From: Candidatus Poribacteria bacterium
Lineage (GTDB): Bacteria > Poribacteria > WGA-4E > WGA-3G
NCBI GenBank assembly: GCA_964291315.2
Contig: OZ219752.1
Location: 288,001-352,000, forward strand
Direction: 5' to 3'
DNA: 64,000 nucleotides
The notes beneath the pieces were generated by a model. That model was not told the origin of the DNA. It made no database searches and saw only the letters and a program-made list of their open reading frames with translations. This document shows positions 49,161 through 60,672 of the stretch, piece after piece; the stretch's first letter is position 1; every line of letters begins with the position of its first letter. Both the position numbers and the translations under genes were made by a program.

Positions 49161-49751
49161 ATGCAAAACATAATACCCGCAAAAATTGGCAACTATCTCT
49201 TCAGGATCCGCAGCTTCACTCCAATTCCGGTTATTTTTGCTCTTTTCTATTTTGCCGCTCCAACGTCCTACAGTGTAGCGATGGGTGCGCCCTTTATTGC
49301 TGTAGGCGAGTTTCTTCGAATATGGGCGGTCGGTTATGCCGGAGCATCTACCCGTGCTAGAACGCTTGGTGCGGCACGGGATCTCGTCACAACCGGGCCC
49401 TACAGTTACGTTCGCAACCCACTCTATCTCGGCAATTTCTTACTCAGTTTTGGGGTTTGCCTTCTTGCGAATGTGTATTGGCTCGTCGTTGTGCTTGTTA
49501 TTGGTTATTTTTCGCAATATCTTCCAATCATTGCACTCGAAGAAGGATACCTATTAGAGTCCTGCGGTAAAACTTACCAGGCCTATAGAGAAAGAGTACC
49601 TCGCTTTGCTCCGAGCTTACGTTCCTATTCTAATCCGTCGGCTCATGATTTTTCTTGGAGGCGCGCCATTAAAAGTGAAAAGCGGACCTTGACGGCGATC
49701 GTCTGTGTTATCGGATTGGTTTTCGCAAGGCAGCTTATCGAGCTGTCATAG
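49161..49751 (+). CDS. ICMT/PEMT-family membrane methyltransferase (LmtA-like)
   Basis: GEFLRIWAVGY, LVTTGPYSYVRNPLYLGN, EEGYL and YRERVPRF. Confidence 0.85.
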   Translation: MQNIIPAKIGNYLFRIRSFTPIPVIFALFYFAAPTSYSVAMGAPFIAVGEFLRIWAVGYAGASTRARTLGAARDLVTTGPYSYVRNPLYLGNFLLSFGVCLLANVYWLVVVLVIGYFSQYLPIIALEEGYLLESCGKTYQAYRERVPRFAPSLRSYSNPSAHDFSWRRAIKSEKRTLTAIVCVIGLVFARQLIELS

Positions 49752-49867
49752 ATTTTCCTCTAACCACGACAACTCATACATTGCAGACACGCAGCGTTCT
49801 CTAGAGACTCTAGTGGCATACGTTACCCTAATCAGTGAGTAGATTAATTTTGGGGATTTCCATTTTC

Positions 49868-49896
49868 TTGACACTAATTTCTCGATAGTCTATTAT
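49868..49896 (+). promoter_or_regulatory. sigma70 promoter
   Basis: TTGACA-N17-TATTAT upstream of ATG 49938. Confidence 0.75.
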
Positions 49897-49937
49897 ATAA
49901 ATGTTGTCTATATATAGAAATAGGAGGAAACTATCTC

Positions 49938-50627
49938 ATGAAAAAGACTTTTTTTTCATTCATGTTTCCCGCTGCTTTCCTGATGTTGATCCTGCTATCC
50001 GTGAGCCCCGCCTTGGCGCGCACGTTTGACAACGATTTCGAAACAGGCGACCTCACGGACTGGGAAAAAGAGGGCGAAGCGTTTGATTTTCAACCCACTT
50101 GGGGCGATAACCCGACAGCACGGAACCGCGGTCAGCCTTCTGAACATCAGGGCGATTGGTGGTTAGGGTTGTACGAGAAGTACCAAGGCCCAGATAAAGG
50201 CGAAAAACTTGGACAGAATCCAGGCGGCACTCAGGGGGATGGCCCCCAAGGCACCCTCACCTCCATCGAGTTCACAATTGTCGGGAAAACAATGAATTTT
50301 CTTATCGGTGGCGGGAAACACCCATGGGAGGATGATCCGGGCGCCTGCAGCGTCAACCTTGAAATTGACGGGAAAGTCGTGCTCACGGCAACAGGAAACG
50401 ATACCGAAACCATGGCGCGCGTAGAATGGGATGTTTCTGAATTTAGCGGCGAAACAGCACAAATTGTTGTCGTCGATAACAACGGTGGGGGTTGGGGGCA
50501 CCCGAATTTTGATGATATTCATCAGGCCGATGCCAGAGGGAGAAATATTCCGTGGGAACAGGTACTCACAGTTGATGCCCGTGGTAAGTTGGCTGCCACT
50601 TGGGCGCAAATGAAAAAGTACTACTAA
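49938..50627 (+). CDS. Secreted beta-sandwich protein with a Poribacteria-type C-terminal motif
   Basis: Signal peptide ALA|R; DFETGDLTDW..AF, GTLTSIEF and NFLIGGG (like GH32-associated accessory domains); tail VDARGKLAATWAQMK. Confidence 0.75.
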   Translation: MKKTFFSFMFPAAFLMLILLSVSPALARTFDNDFETGDLTDWEKEGEAFDFQPTWGDNPTARNRGQPSEHQGDWWLGLYEKYQGPDKGEKLGQNPGGTQGDGPQGTLTSIEFTIVGKTMNFLIGGGKHPWEDDPGACSVNLEIDGKVVLTATGNDTETMARVEWDVSEFSGETAQIVVVDNNGGGWGHPNFDDIHQADARGRNIPWEQVLTVDARGKLAATWAQMKKYY

Positions 50628-50689
50628 TCGGGAAGTTAAGCAATAAAAGCGGGCTTTCACGGCTTAAGGAATGAAATACGGTATATTCT

Positions 50690-51643
50690 TTAAGCCGTTA
50701 TCTGTTCCTTGCCCGCGCGTTCCCGAAACTGGTTGAACGTTTTCAGAATACCTTGCTCCATTGTATACTCCGGGGTAAAACCTATTTCTTCGGCAATCGG
50801 AGTTGCATCGTAATCCCATGAGATGCCGAAAACGCCTGGTTGCAGTGTAATTTCAATGTCTGGTACTAATGTCTTTAGGTACGCTACGCCTTCTTTGACA
50901 GGGCGAATACCGCCCTTCACGTTAAAGACGCGCGTTGGTGTTGTCGGGCAAGTACACGCCAGCACAATTGAACGAGCCACATCTTCTACATACTGCCAGT
51001 CCACAGCATCGTCACCGAAGGGACAAACGTGCGGGTTCCCTAATGCCGCAGCCTCAATCATTTGTGTTGTAAACGAACTCATCCCGCGTGTTCTGCCTAC
51101 TCCATAGACAGCCGTAAAGCGAAGTCCAATAGAGTCAACCCCGTAAGCATCGAAGTAGTGCATCGCATATCTCTCGTTTAGAGATTTGCAGGCTCCGTAA
51201 ATAAATTTCGGATAGTGTGGGGCATCATTGAGAATTTGTTGTTGGTTGTAATCCTCTGGCGCTCCGAACACTGCAACACTGCTTGCCCATACAACGCGTT
51301 TGAGTTTGAAAAGACGAGCTGTCTCCAGTATGTTAATTGTTCCTTCGCAAACAACTTTGAGCGCCTGTGGGGGATTTGCGTTACATGCCGGCACCTGCCA
51401 TGAAGCGAGATGGATAATGCGATCTATGCTGTGCTCTTGAACCGTCCGTAGAACGTGGGGCAGGTCGGTAATATCTCCCTGCACAAAGGTGAATCCTTCA
51501 ATCTGGGCATCCGTCAGTACCATGTTCGGAATAGTTAAATCATAAGCAAAATCGTAAACGATGACCTTTTCCCCGGCTGCCAACAGGTCACGGATCACAT
51601 AACTACCGATGCATCCCATGCCACCGGTGAGCAGATATGCCAT
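50690..51643 (-). CDS. NAD-dependent epimerase/dehydratase
   Basis: TGGMGCIG, IIHLA, ASSVAVFG and YGACK. Confidence 0.9.
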   Translation of the reverse strand: MAYLLTGGMGCIGSYVIRDLLAAGEKVIVYDFAYDLTIPNMVLTDAQIEGFTFVQGDITDLPHVLRTVQEHSIDRIIHLASWQVPACNANPPQALKVVCEGTINILETARLFKLKRVVWASSVAVFGAPEDYNQQQILNDAPHYPKFIYGACKSLNERYAMHYFDAYGVDSIGLRFTAVYGVGRTRGMSSFTTQMIEAAALGNPHVCPFGDDAVDWQYVEDVARSIVLACTCPTTPTRVFNVKGGIRPVKEGVAYLKTLVPDIEITLQPGVFGISWDYDATPIAEEIGFTPEYTMEQGILKTFNQFRERAGKEQITA

Positions 51644-51659
51644 ATTGGTCTCTCCTCTT

Positions 51660-51691
51660 AAAACAGCGCGATCCCAGGATCACGCTGTTTT
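51660..51691 (-). terminator. Terminator-like hairpin between the Rieske gene and the epimerase
   Basis: AAAACAGCGCGATCC-CA-GGATCACGCTGTTTT. Confidence 0.5.
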
Positions 51692-51726
51692 GCCAAAACT
51701 TACATGCATTGCTCGGCCTAATTATG

Positions 51727-52044
51727 TTAGAGCGGTGTGTCGACATCCACAAGGATATCTTCGCCCTCCACTTTAACAGCGTATGTAGGTAACTTTTCCT
51801 CAGTGGGCCATACGCACTCGCCTGTTGTCACGTCAAACTCCCACATGTGGAGCGGACATGTGATACAGTTACCGTCTACGAAACCGTGACTCAAGACCCC
51901 ACCAAGATGCGGGCAAATATTGTTCATGGCGTAATACTCGCCCTTTATATTATAGATACCGATGAAAACGCCGTCCACTTTCACGCCGATACATTTACCC
52001 GGCTGAATCTGGTCAACTGTTGCGGCTTTTACAAATTGTGCCAT
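51727..52044 (-). CDS. Rieske [2Fe-2S] ferredoxin
   Basis: CPHLG and CPLHMWEFD. Confidence 0.93.
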   Translation of the reverse strand: MAQFVKAATVDQIQPGKCIGVKVDGVFIGIYNIKGEYYAMNNICPHLGGVLSHGFVDGNCITCPLHMWEFDVTTGECVWPTEEKLPTYAVKVEGEDILVDVDTPL

Positions 52045-52251
52045 AATTTCTTCGTCTTTTTCCCTCCCTTACGAAACACGAATTGAAATTGTATCCGAAA
52101 ATCTATGCTTCTGCGTCCAAAAATCAATATCTCACGTAGTAGCATAGCCTGTTAATTAGTGATTTTGTGTTCAAAAACCAACCGACTTCCCGCTCTATGA
52201 ACGTTTGTAGGTATCTCATTGCTCTTCCGGTGATGCTTTCACTTCACTACG

Positions 52252-55200
52252 TCAATCTCTTAAGCCTATCCGATATTTGATGTCGTAGTTGATGATGAAG
52301 TCTAATTCCTCATCGCTGAAGCCGTAGTGCTTTGCGAGGACGCGGTCTATTTCGTCTATGATGTGCTTGGAATGTCGCGGATAAAACTCATCGTAGATGA
52401 CCTGTCCAGTGGTCTTATAGGACACCTGCTTGCGTTGTGCGTGATGTTTGAGATCTACCATCAAGTCCTTGCACAGCTGGGAGAGGCTCTGCTTGGTTTG
52501 CTGCTCGATTTGAGCTATTCCCATCGGAAAACTTCTAATTTCACGTAAGGTTAAGGATCGGCAACTTGAAAGCACAACAAACCACCAATAAAAAAGTGAA
52601 CTGTTTAGGGTTGCTATAGCAACATCTGCATCTAATTCTGATTCAAAGTACAGTGATTTGATAGTTGGAGATACTTTCTCTCCATCTCGCTCGTTCCAGA
52701 AGTAGGGGACGAAGTCCATTGCTCGCAGCCAATAGCGAGCTGCGCTATGGTAATATACTGTGTAGGGGACTCGCTTCGTATTAAGGTGTTTGCCCAAAAC
52801 CGAGAATTGGGATAATTTCTTCCATACGTTTTGTTCGAGCTCACTCCGGACTTTCGGCACAGAATTTTGAAATGAGATATGCGTAACCTCTGTGTATTCT
52901 GCGACACTGAAGAGATATTCACGAAATATCTCGTTCCATCTGTTGTAGCCGGATGTATACAACAGATTGGATGCTTTTGAATTCTGTTGAAGGATATAAA
53001 TCGCTAAACGTTGCTCGGCTCCGACAAACAATTTGGCTGGTCTGATGCTATACGTCTGTATCCATCCAACTTGTTTATGGTGCTGGAATAAATGTTGGAG
53101 GGGCGCCATTCTGTCGGTGCAGTATGCGGAATGCGGGATTATCATTGATTTCCACCCATTCTTTTGAAGCAGCCGAAAGCTCCTTTCAAACACAAAGGCA
53201 TATAAATTGCCGCAGGTTTCGGTTTCGTATCCTTTTACTGTGTAATCCTTTTTGACTTTGCTATATTCTATGTAGGGCGGGTTTCCGATGATGACATCAA
53301 ATCCGCCGTCTTTGAGGATGCTGTAGAAAGCGATAAACCAGTGGAAGGGCTTATGCGTGTCAAGCCATTTGTGGTAATCCGTGATTACCCCCCCCCACTT
53401 ATATTATGTGAAGTGTTCACGCCATACTCACCCGCAAGGTAAAGGTTCAACTCATCTTCTAAGACACCCAGTCTCTCCCGCAATGCCTGCTTATCCGCAC
53501 GCGTCACGACCCCGCCTAACGCCGTCTGTTGCCTGCGAAACGCTTGGAACAACGCATCCACATCCTCCGCCTTCTCCCGAAGCCGCCGCATCGTGTCGTC
53601 AAAGTCCAGCTTGCCCGTCACCGCACGCTCTACCGCATCATACGTTGAGAACCCGACGAGACTATTCCCCGACTGGATGTTGAAGTCGATGTCTGGCAAC
53701 GGCTCTATCTGCCGCACATCTTCGATCTGTGAGACCATCTTCAGGAAGAGCCGGAGCTTACAGATTTCAACCGCCTCCGCCATGATGTCCACACCGTAGA
53801 GGTTATTTATCACAATAGACTTGAGAATAAAATAGGCTCTGTTCGGATGCTGCTCTATACGCTTAAGCGTCTCTCGGAAGTCAGCGTAGCGCCGGCCGGC
53901 ACCCAAGTCGTCGTTGAGAAAGGCTTGCATTCGGTCGAGACACGCCTCATAGAGCGGCACGAGGATATTCACAGCGGCGAAGAGGAACGCCCCCGAGCCA
54001 CACGTCGGATCCAGGATGCTGACGTGTCTGATCGCCTGCCAAAACGCACGCAGCAGCTCGGGGCCCTCACATCCCGCGATTACGTCCTGTGCGAACTGGC
54101 GGACATCTAGATTGTAGGTAATCAGATCGTTGATGCTGGCGACGTCTCCGTTGACCAGCTTCGCACGCAGCGTCTCGTAGCGTTGTCGTCTCGCAACGAC
54201 TTCCCGCCATATCTCGGTCGGCAAGGCATACTCGGAAGGCGCAACGGTGTTCCAATCCGTGCGCTTAGAGACATCCGCAACCCCCGCAGCGATGTTAGGC
54301 GGCAGCTCTAACGCAGCACCTTTGCTCACAGCCGGGTAGATATAGCGCTCCGGGGCATCTCGCAGCAATTGCCACACCGCACCATCCGCCGCAAACGCTA
54401 TCTCACACGACCGACGCGCCGCATCAAAGAGGAACGGAATAATCGTGTTTTTGCTGATATACTCGGTGATGTCTTCCTTCGTATAATAAGCACCCATCTG
54501 CTTCTGATTGATGTATTTCTCAAAGATATATCCCAGCACATCCGGGTTGATCTCCGTGTCGTTTTTCAACGGGCGATCGTCCAAATGCCACTGATACTCA
54601 TCAAAGAAGCCGAAGAGCTGCTCAAACGCCGCATCCGGGATCTCAATACGCTCCCCGTGATGTGTCTCTATGGCGTGCTGCTCAAAGATGCCGCCGTTGA
54701 GATACGGCACATCCCCGAGGAGCCCGACCACGGCTCTGCTCCGCTCTGCCTCCGGCTTTGCGAACCCTTCAAAGAACAGCGGACACAGAAACGATCTATA
54801 GTACCGGTCGCTGCCTTGCTTTTGCGTCTCCGTCAACGTGTGCCGCAGATAGTCTGGGTCATTGTTGAGAAACCCCTTCTTCTGAATGAAGTAGATGAAC
54901 ATCAGCCGATTCAGCAGGATAGAGACATATGCGCGCTGCACCTCGGTGTCCGGGATGCCCGTGAGGAAGGTCAGGAACGCCGTCTGCTCTCGCTTGAAGC
55001 GATCGTAAAACTTCTTGGTCACCCGCTCCGCATAGAACGCGCTCCCGACGCGCCCTGTCACATCAGAGAGCGTCAGTTCGGCTTCTTCGTCAAGACTGAA
55101 GGCGATCGGCTCTAACTTTTGTATCAGCGACTCCCCCGATTGTGCCGTGTGATACCGGTGTTCTCGGCACGCATCCGGCTTGCCCGGCTCTCGTCTGACC

Positions 55201-55508
55201 CACTGCCAGAGGTGCGTTGTTTTGCTTGCATCGGTGTAGATGATAATATGCTCATGCGCAGAGCGCGCCACCTGCTGCTGGATCTTCCGGCGCAGCGCAT
55301 ACTTGGGGAGTTGTCCGGCCGTGTCTGTTGCGTGGCATTCAAAGACGATCATGCCGCGTTTCTCTGCGACTGCGGAGAGGTGCCACTCGGTGGTGTCTAC
55401 GCTGATATTTAGCGCCTGTGTGTAGTGCTCCCACCCGAGTGCTTGGGTGAAGAGAGCGCTAAAGTTAGCAGCTCTGAGATATTCAAGGATTCGTTCTCGA
55501 TGAAGCAT
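52252..55508 (-). pseudogene. Eco57I-like gamma-class adenine methyltransferase, frameshifted at G9 (candidate phase-variable gene, OFF as sequenced)
   Basis: The 5' ORF has YLNGGIF, GAYYT and DPTCGSGAFL and stops at AGT-G9-TAA. The shifted frame continues VITDYHKWLDTHKPFHW...FDVIIGNPPY and stays open to 52252. Confidence 0.9.
53388..53396 (-). repeat. G9 homopolymer (C9 on +), candidate slipped-strand switch
   Basis: G10 or G7 would restore the frame. Confidence 0.85.
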
Positions 55509-55581
55509 GGACGTTTTTTCCTATTCGTTGGTTTTCACAGATTATACCTAGGTTTCTAACACTGTTTTTTCGGAGGTTCGG

Positions 55582-55637
55582 ACAGGCTAACGGACTATGC
55601 TACAAGTGCTACTGCACAACCTGACACGTTATGCTAC
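55582..55637 (-). repeat. Two REP-like GTAGCATA elements; a related copy on + at 52139-52154
   Basis: GTAGCATAGTCCGTTAGCCTGT and GTAGCATAACGTGTCAGGTTGTG on -; GTAGCATAGCCTGTTA on +. Confidence 0.55.
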
Positions 55638-55789
55638 GAAAGAGTCTACTCAATCTTTTTTAAAACTCACGTTAATCTCCGTTCTCTTAGGATCCTAGAA
55701 CCTCTTTTAGGAATTTTATGACGTTTGAGGATGAAGATCTCTGTCAAAGTCCTATTTTTTATTTTTTAATCGAACATAGATTCAGATCT

Positions 55790-57877
55790 TCAAAGTTTTT
55801 CTTGATATAAGTAACAGTGGCATGAATGTGTCTGTGTGAAATGCATTTCCTCTGGATATGTGTCTTTACATACAGACATTACTTCTGGACAGCGAGGGTG
55901 GAAATGGCAACCGGATGGACGGTTGATTGGCGAAGGCACATCGCCCTCCAATCGCATTTTTTCAACTTCGGGCTGCTTGTGCATCCTCGGTACAGCAGAG
56001 AGGAGGGCGCGCGTGTACGGATGCTTAGGTGAATCAAAAATCTCTTCTGCTGTGCCGCGCTCAACAATTTTACCGAGATACATCACTGCGACTTCGTCCG
56101 CAAAGTACTCAACGACAGAGAGGTTATGTGTGATAAAGAGATAGGTGAGGTTAAAATCTGTTTGCAGCGATTTGAGTAAGTTTAGTATCTGTGCTTGTAC
56201 GGACACGTCGAGGGCGCTGGTGGCTTCATCACAGACGATGAATTCCGGATCAACGGCGAGGCATCGGGCAATCCCGATGCGCTGTCTTTGACCGCCGGAA
56301 AATTCATGCGGATAGCGGGTTACCATGTCTGGTGATAAACCGACACGTTGCATTAGTTCTGCGATCCGGGCTTGTCGGTTGTGCGTCGAACCGCCGATAT
56401 TGTGTGCCTGCATTCCCTCTTGGATAATAGCCCCGATTGTCATTCGTGGGTTAAGGGATGCATATGGATCTTGGAAGATAATTTGCATCCGTTTTCGGTA
56501 CGGATGCATCTGCTCCCGCTTCACGGTAGCGATATTGACATTGTCATAGACTAGATCACCTTTAACGGGTACCCGCAATCGAAGGACAGCTTTTCCGAGG
56601 GAGCTTTTGCCTGATCCGGATTCACCAACGAGGGCAAGCGTTTTACCGCGTGGAATATCGAGCGTGACGTTATCGACAGCGTAAACATAACCGATCGTTC
56701 GTTTCAAAATTCCTTTCCGAATCGGATAGTGGACGCAGAGGTTTTTTATTTCAAGTTGCGTGCGCGTATCTGTTAATTGTGTTGGAGTCTCTCGATCTTC
56801 TTCATCTGCGTTTGTTTCGAGCTTAAGTTTTGCCGTCGGAGTTCCTACCATTTTAAACGGAGGTTCAGAATTATAAAGGTGACAAGCGACGTTGTGTCCG
56901 TCGCTGTTAACGTGGTGTAGCGGTGGAACGATGCTCTCACAACCATCCATAACTGTTGGGCACCGTTCAGCAAATCTACACCCGTCGTTATAGGCGGTGG
57001 CTTTCGGGACTCTCCCGGTAATTGTCTGGAGCCGCGTCCCGCGTTTATCGCGCTCCGGTGTTGATTCGAGAAGCTTTACGGTATAGGGGTGTTGCGGTGT
57101 GTTGTAGAGTTGATTCCATGTGCCTATTTCGGCAATTTTTCCGGCATACATAACAGCGACCCGGTGTGCGATGTTAGCGACAACGCCCAGGTCGTGTGTA
57201 ATCAACAGCACTGCCATCTGGAATTCTTGTTGGAGACGTTGAATGAGTTCTAGAATTTGTGCTTGGATGGTGGCATCGAGGGCAGTTGTGGGTTCATCGG
57301 CGATAAGGAGTCCTGGGTGACAGGAGAGTGCCATGGCGATCATAACGCGTTGTTTCATCCCCCCGGACATCTGGTGCGGATATTCATCGTAACGGGTGCT
57401 TGGTTCCGGGATCCCGACGAGGTCGAGCATCTCTATTGCTGCATTTCTGGCAGCAGAGCGTTGGAGGTTTTGATGTTGTCGGATTGCCTCTGAGATCTGA
57501 TTACCGATTGTGAAAACGGGATTGAGACTGGTCATCGGTTCTTGGAAAATCATGGCGATGTCATTGCCTTGAATTTTTCGTTTTTCGACTTCAGAAAGCA
57601 GCGTGATGTCTCTACCTTTGTAATAGATAGCACCGCCGGCGATGAAACCTGCAGGTTTCGCGATGAGTTGAATTATGGAAAGTGCAGTTACACTTTTACC
57701 ACAACCTGACTCGCCGACGAGTGCGAAAATTTCGTTCGACTTGATGTCAAAAGAGATACTGTCGACTGCGCGTGCAAGCCCTTCCGGGGTGCGAAAATAA
57801 GTTTGGAGGTTCTGGACGCTGAGCAATGTGTCTATGACATTCCCGCCTCTAGGGGCGTGAGATTCTTTGTTCGTCAT
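55790..57877 (-). CDS. Fused dual-ATPase of a peptide/nickel ABC transporter (OppD-OppF-like)
   Basis: GESGCGKS/MSGGMKQR and GESGSGKS/FSGGQRQR; two Cys-rich oligopeptide C-terminal motifs. Confidence 0.93.
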   Translation of the reverse strand: MTNKESHAPRGGNVIDTLLSVQNLQTYFRTPEGLARAVDSISFDIKSNEIFALVGESGCGKSVTALSIIQLIAKPAGFIAGGAIYYKGRDITLLSEVEKRKIQGNDIAMIFQEPMTSLNPVFTIGNQISEAIRQHQNLQRSAARNAAIEMLDLVGIPEPSTRYDEYPHQMSGGMKQRVMIAMALSCHPGLLIADEPTTALDATIQAQILELIQRLQQEFQMAVLLITHDLGVVANIAHRVAVMYAGKIAEIGTWNQLYNTPQHPYTVKLLESTPERDKRGTRLQTITGRVPKATAYNDGCRFAERCPTVMDGCESIVPPLHHVNSDGHNVACHLYNSEPPFKMVGTPTAKLKLETNADEEDRETPTQLTDTRTQLEIKNLCVHYPIRKGILKRTIGYVYAVDNVTLDIPRGKTLALVGESGSGKSSLGKAVLRLRVPVKGDLVYDNVNIATVKREQMHPYRKRMQIIFQDPYASLNPRMTIGAIIQEGMQAHNIGGSTHNRQARIAELMQRVGLSPDMVTRYPHEFSGGQRQRIGIARCLAVDPEFIVCDEATSALDVSVQAQILNLLKSLQTDFNLTYLFITHNLSVVEYFADEVAVMYLGKIVERGTAEEIFDSPKHPYTRALLSAVPRMHKQPEVEKMRLEGDVPSPINRPSGCHFHPRCPEVMSVCKDTYPEEMHFTQTHSCHCYLYQEKL

Positions 57878-58289
57878 TGTCAAACCTTTTGTGGCATGCG
57901 GTGTTTTTTCTTCGCCCAATTTTCTATATATGAATGCTTGGTCTTGTTAAGGGAGCCCCTCATAAGATTACTTTAGCATAGAAACTCCTGAAAATCAAGA
58001 ATAAATTTGGTCCATTCCGAACTTTATCTTATTTTAAAGGATTAAGTTATCAATGCATATAAATTTTAAAGCAAATTTACGTTAGAATTAGCTATGCACT
58101 CTGCTCCGGCCGGGTGAGGAAGTTTCGCCCTTGTGCCTTATCGAAATGTTTACTTATTCCTATAATGGACCATAAATAGTCCTAATTCGTTAAAAATAAA
58201 GGTTGATCTTTTCTGCGATTTGGCGTATAGATAGAAAGGTAAACAGTTTTTCACTTCAGAAATACATGAGAGCTGAGAGGAGAAGAGTT

Positions 58290-59306
58290 ATGGCAGAACA
58301 GCGTTTTTTGACAGCAGAGCAAGGTGTTGCGCAGCTTCTGAAAGCAAGACCATCGCTTCACTTCGATGGTACGACCAAAAAGGAGTGGGAAGAGTGGCGA
58401 CACGGATTCCGGCGTAACCTTGTTAAACACTTGGGGCCTTCACCGGAGTCAATCCCGTTAGAGGTTGAAACATTGGCACGGACGCAGCACGATGGCTATA
58501 GGCGCGAAAAAATTATCTTTAATCCGGATCCGTTTTCTTCAATTCCGGCTTATATTTTAATTCCAGATGGAGCAGGCGTGAACAATCCTGCGCCCGCTGT
58601 TCTCTGTGCCCATGGACACGGTGCTGGTAAAGACGGGGCAGTCGGTCTTGTAGCAGACTATCAGAAACAGTACGCTGTAGAATTGGTGCGGCGCGGCTTT
58701 GTGACACTTGCCCCGGATTGGCGCTGCTTTGGGGAACGGAAAGATAGAGATGAATGGGTGCGTTATCCGAGCCGTGACGGGTGCAATGTCGCTTATTTCG
58801 CATTTGGGTATTTTGGCTATCAACTCTTGCAACTGAATATCTCGGATGGACAACGGTGCTTAGACTATCTCCAGTTGCGCCCTGAAGTCGATAGTCGTCG
58901 TTTGGGGTGTATGGGATGTTCATTTGGTGGCACAATGACAATGTACATTTCCGCCTTGGACCATCGGATTAAGGCGGCTGTCATTGTCTGTTATTTGAGT
59001 ACATTAACGGACGCTTTGAACGATCGCGGCCGTGGGAATACGTGCGGTTCACAGTTTATGTTGGGGCTACGGAAGGTGGGCGACATCGCCGACGTGGCAG
59101 GGTTAATAACGCCGCGGGCATGTATGGTGCAGATCGGCTCAGACGATATGTGTTTCATTGAGTCTGATGCGCTGGCAGCGTTTGAGCAATTGAAGAGAAT
59201 TTATGCAGCATCAGGACGAAGCGATCAGTTGGTACTAGATCATTTTCAGGGCGAACACGAAATTGATTTGGAAGCGGGAATCGCGTTTTTGGAAGAACGA
59301 TTGTAG
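58290..59306 (+). CDS. Alpha/beta hydrolase (dienelactone hydrolase-like)
   Basis: CAHGHG, DWRCFGER and GCSFGG; RBS before ATG 58290. Confidence 0.85.
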   Translation: MAEQRFLTAEQGVAQLLKARPSLHFDGTTKKEWEEWRHGFRRNLVKHLGPSPESIPLEVETLARTQHDGYRREKIIFNPDPFSSIPAYILIPDGAGVNNPAPAVLCAHGHGAGKDGAVGLVADYQKQYAVELVRRGFVTLAPDWRCFGERKDRDEWVRYPSRDGCNVAYFAFGYFGYQLLQLNISDGQRCLDYLQLRPEVDSRRLGCMGCSFGGTMTMYISALDHRIKAAVIVCYLSTLTDALNDRGRGNTCGSQFMLGLRKVGDIADVAGLITPRACMVQIGSDDMCFIESDALAAFEQLKRIYAASGRSDQLVLDHFQGEHEIDLEAGIAFLEERL

Positions 59307-59354
59307 CGGCGATGGGCCAGCATCCGAACCTACCCAAATATCTATTTTTTCTGT

Positions 59355-60614
<1,260 letters not shown>

Positions 60615-60672
60615 CTATCTGCTGTGTTTTAAAATAAAAGGGCATCTCATATTCACGTTCAAAGAAATTGGA

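Noticed and set aside
52252-53193. Independent 313-aa gene starting MFERS
   Set aside because: The frame is open upstream through NPPY to the G tract, so it is the 3' half of the frameshifted methyltransferase.
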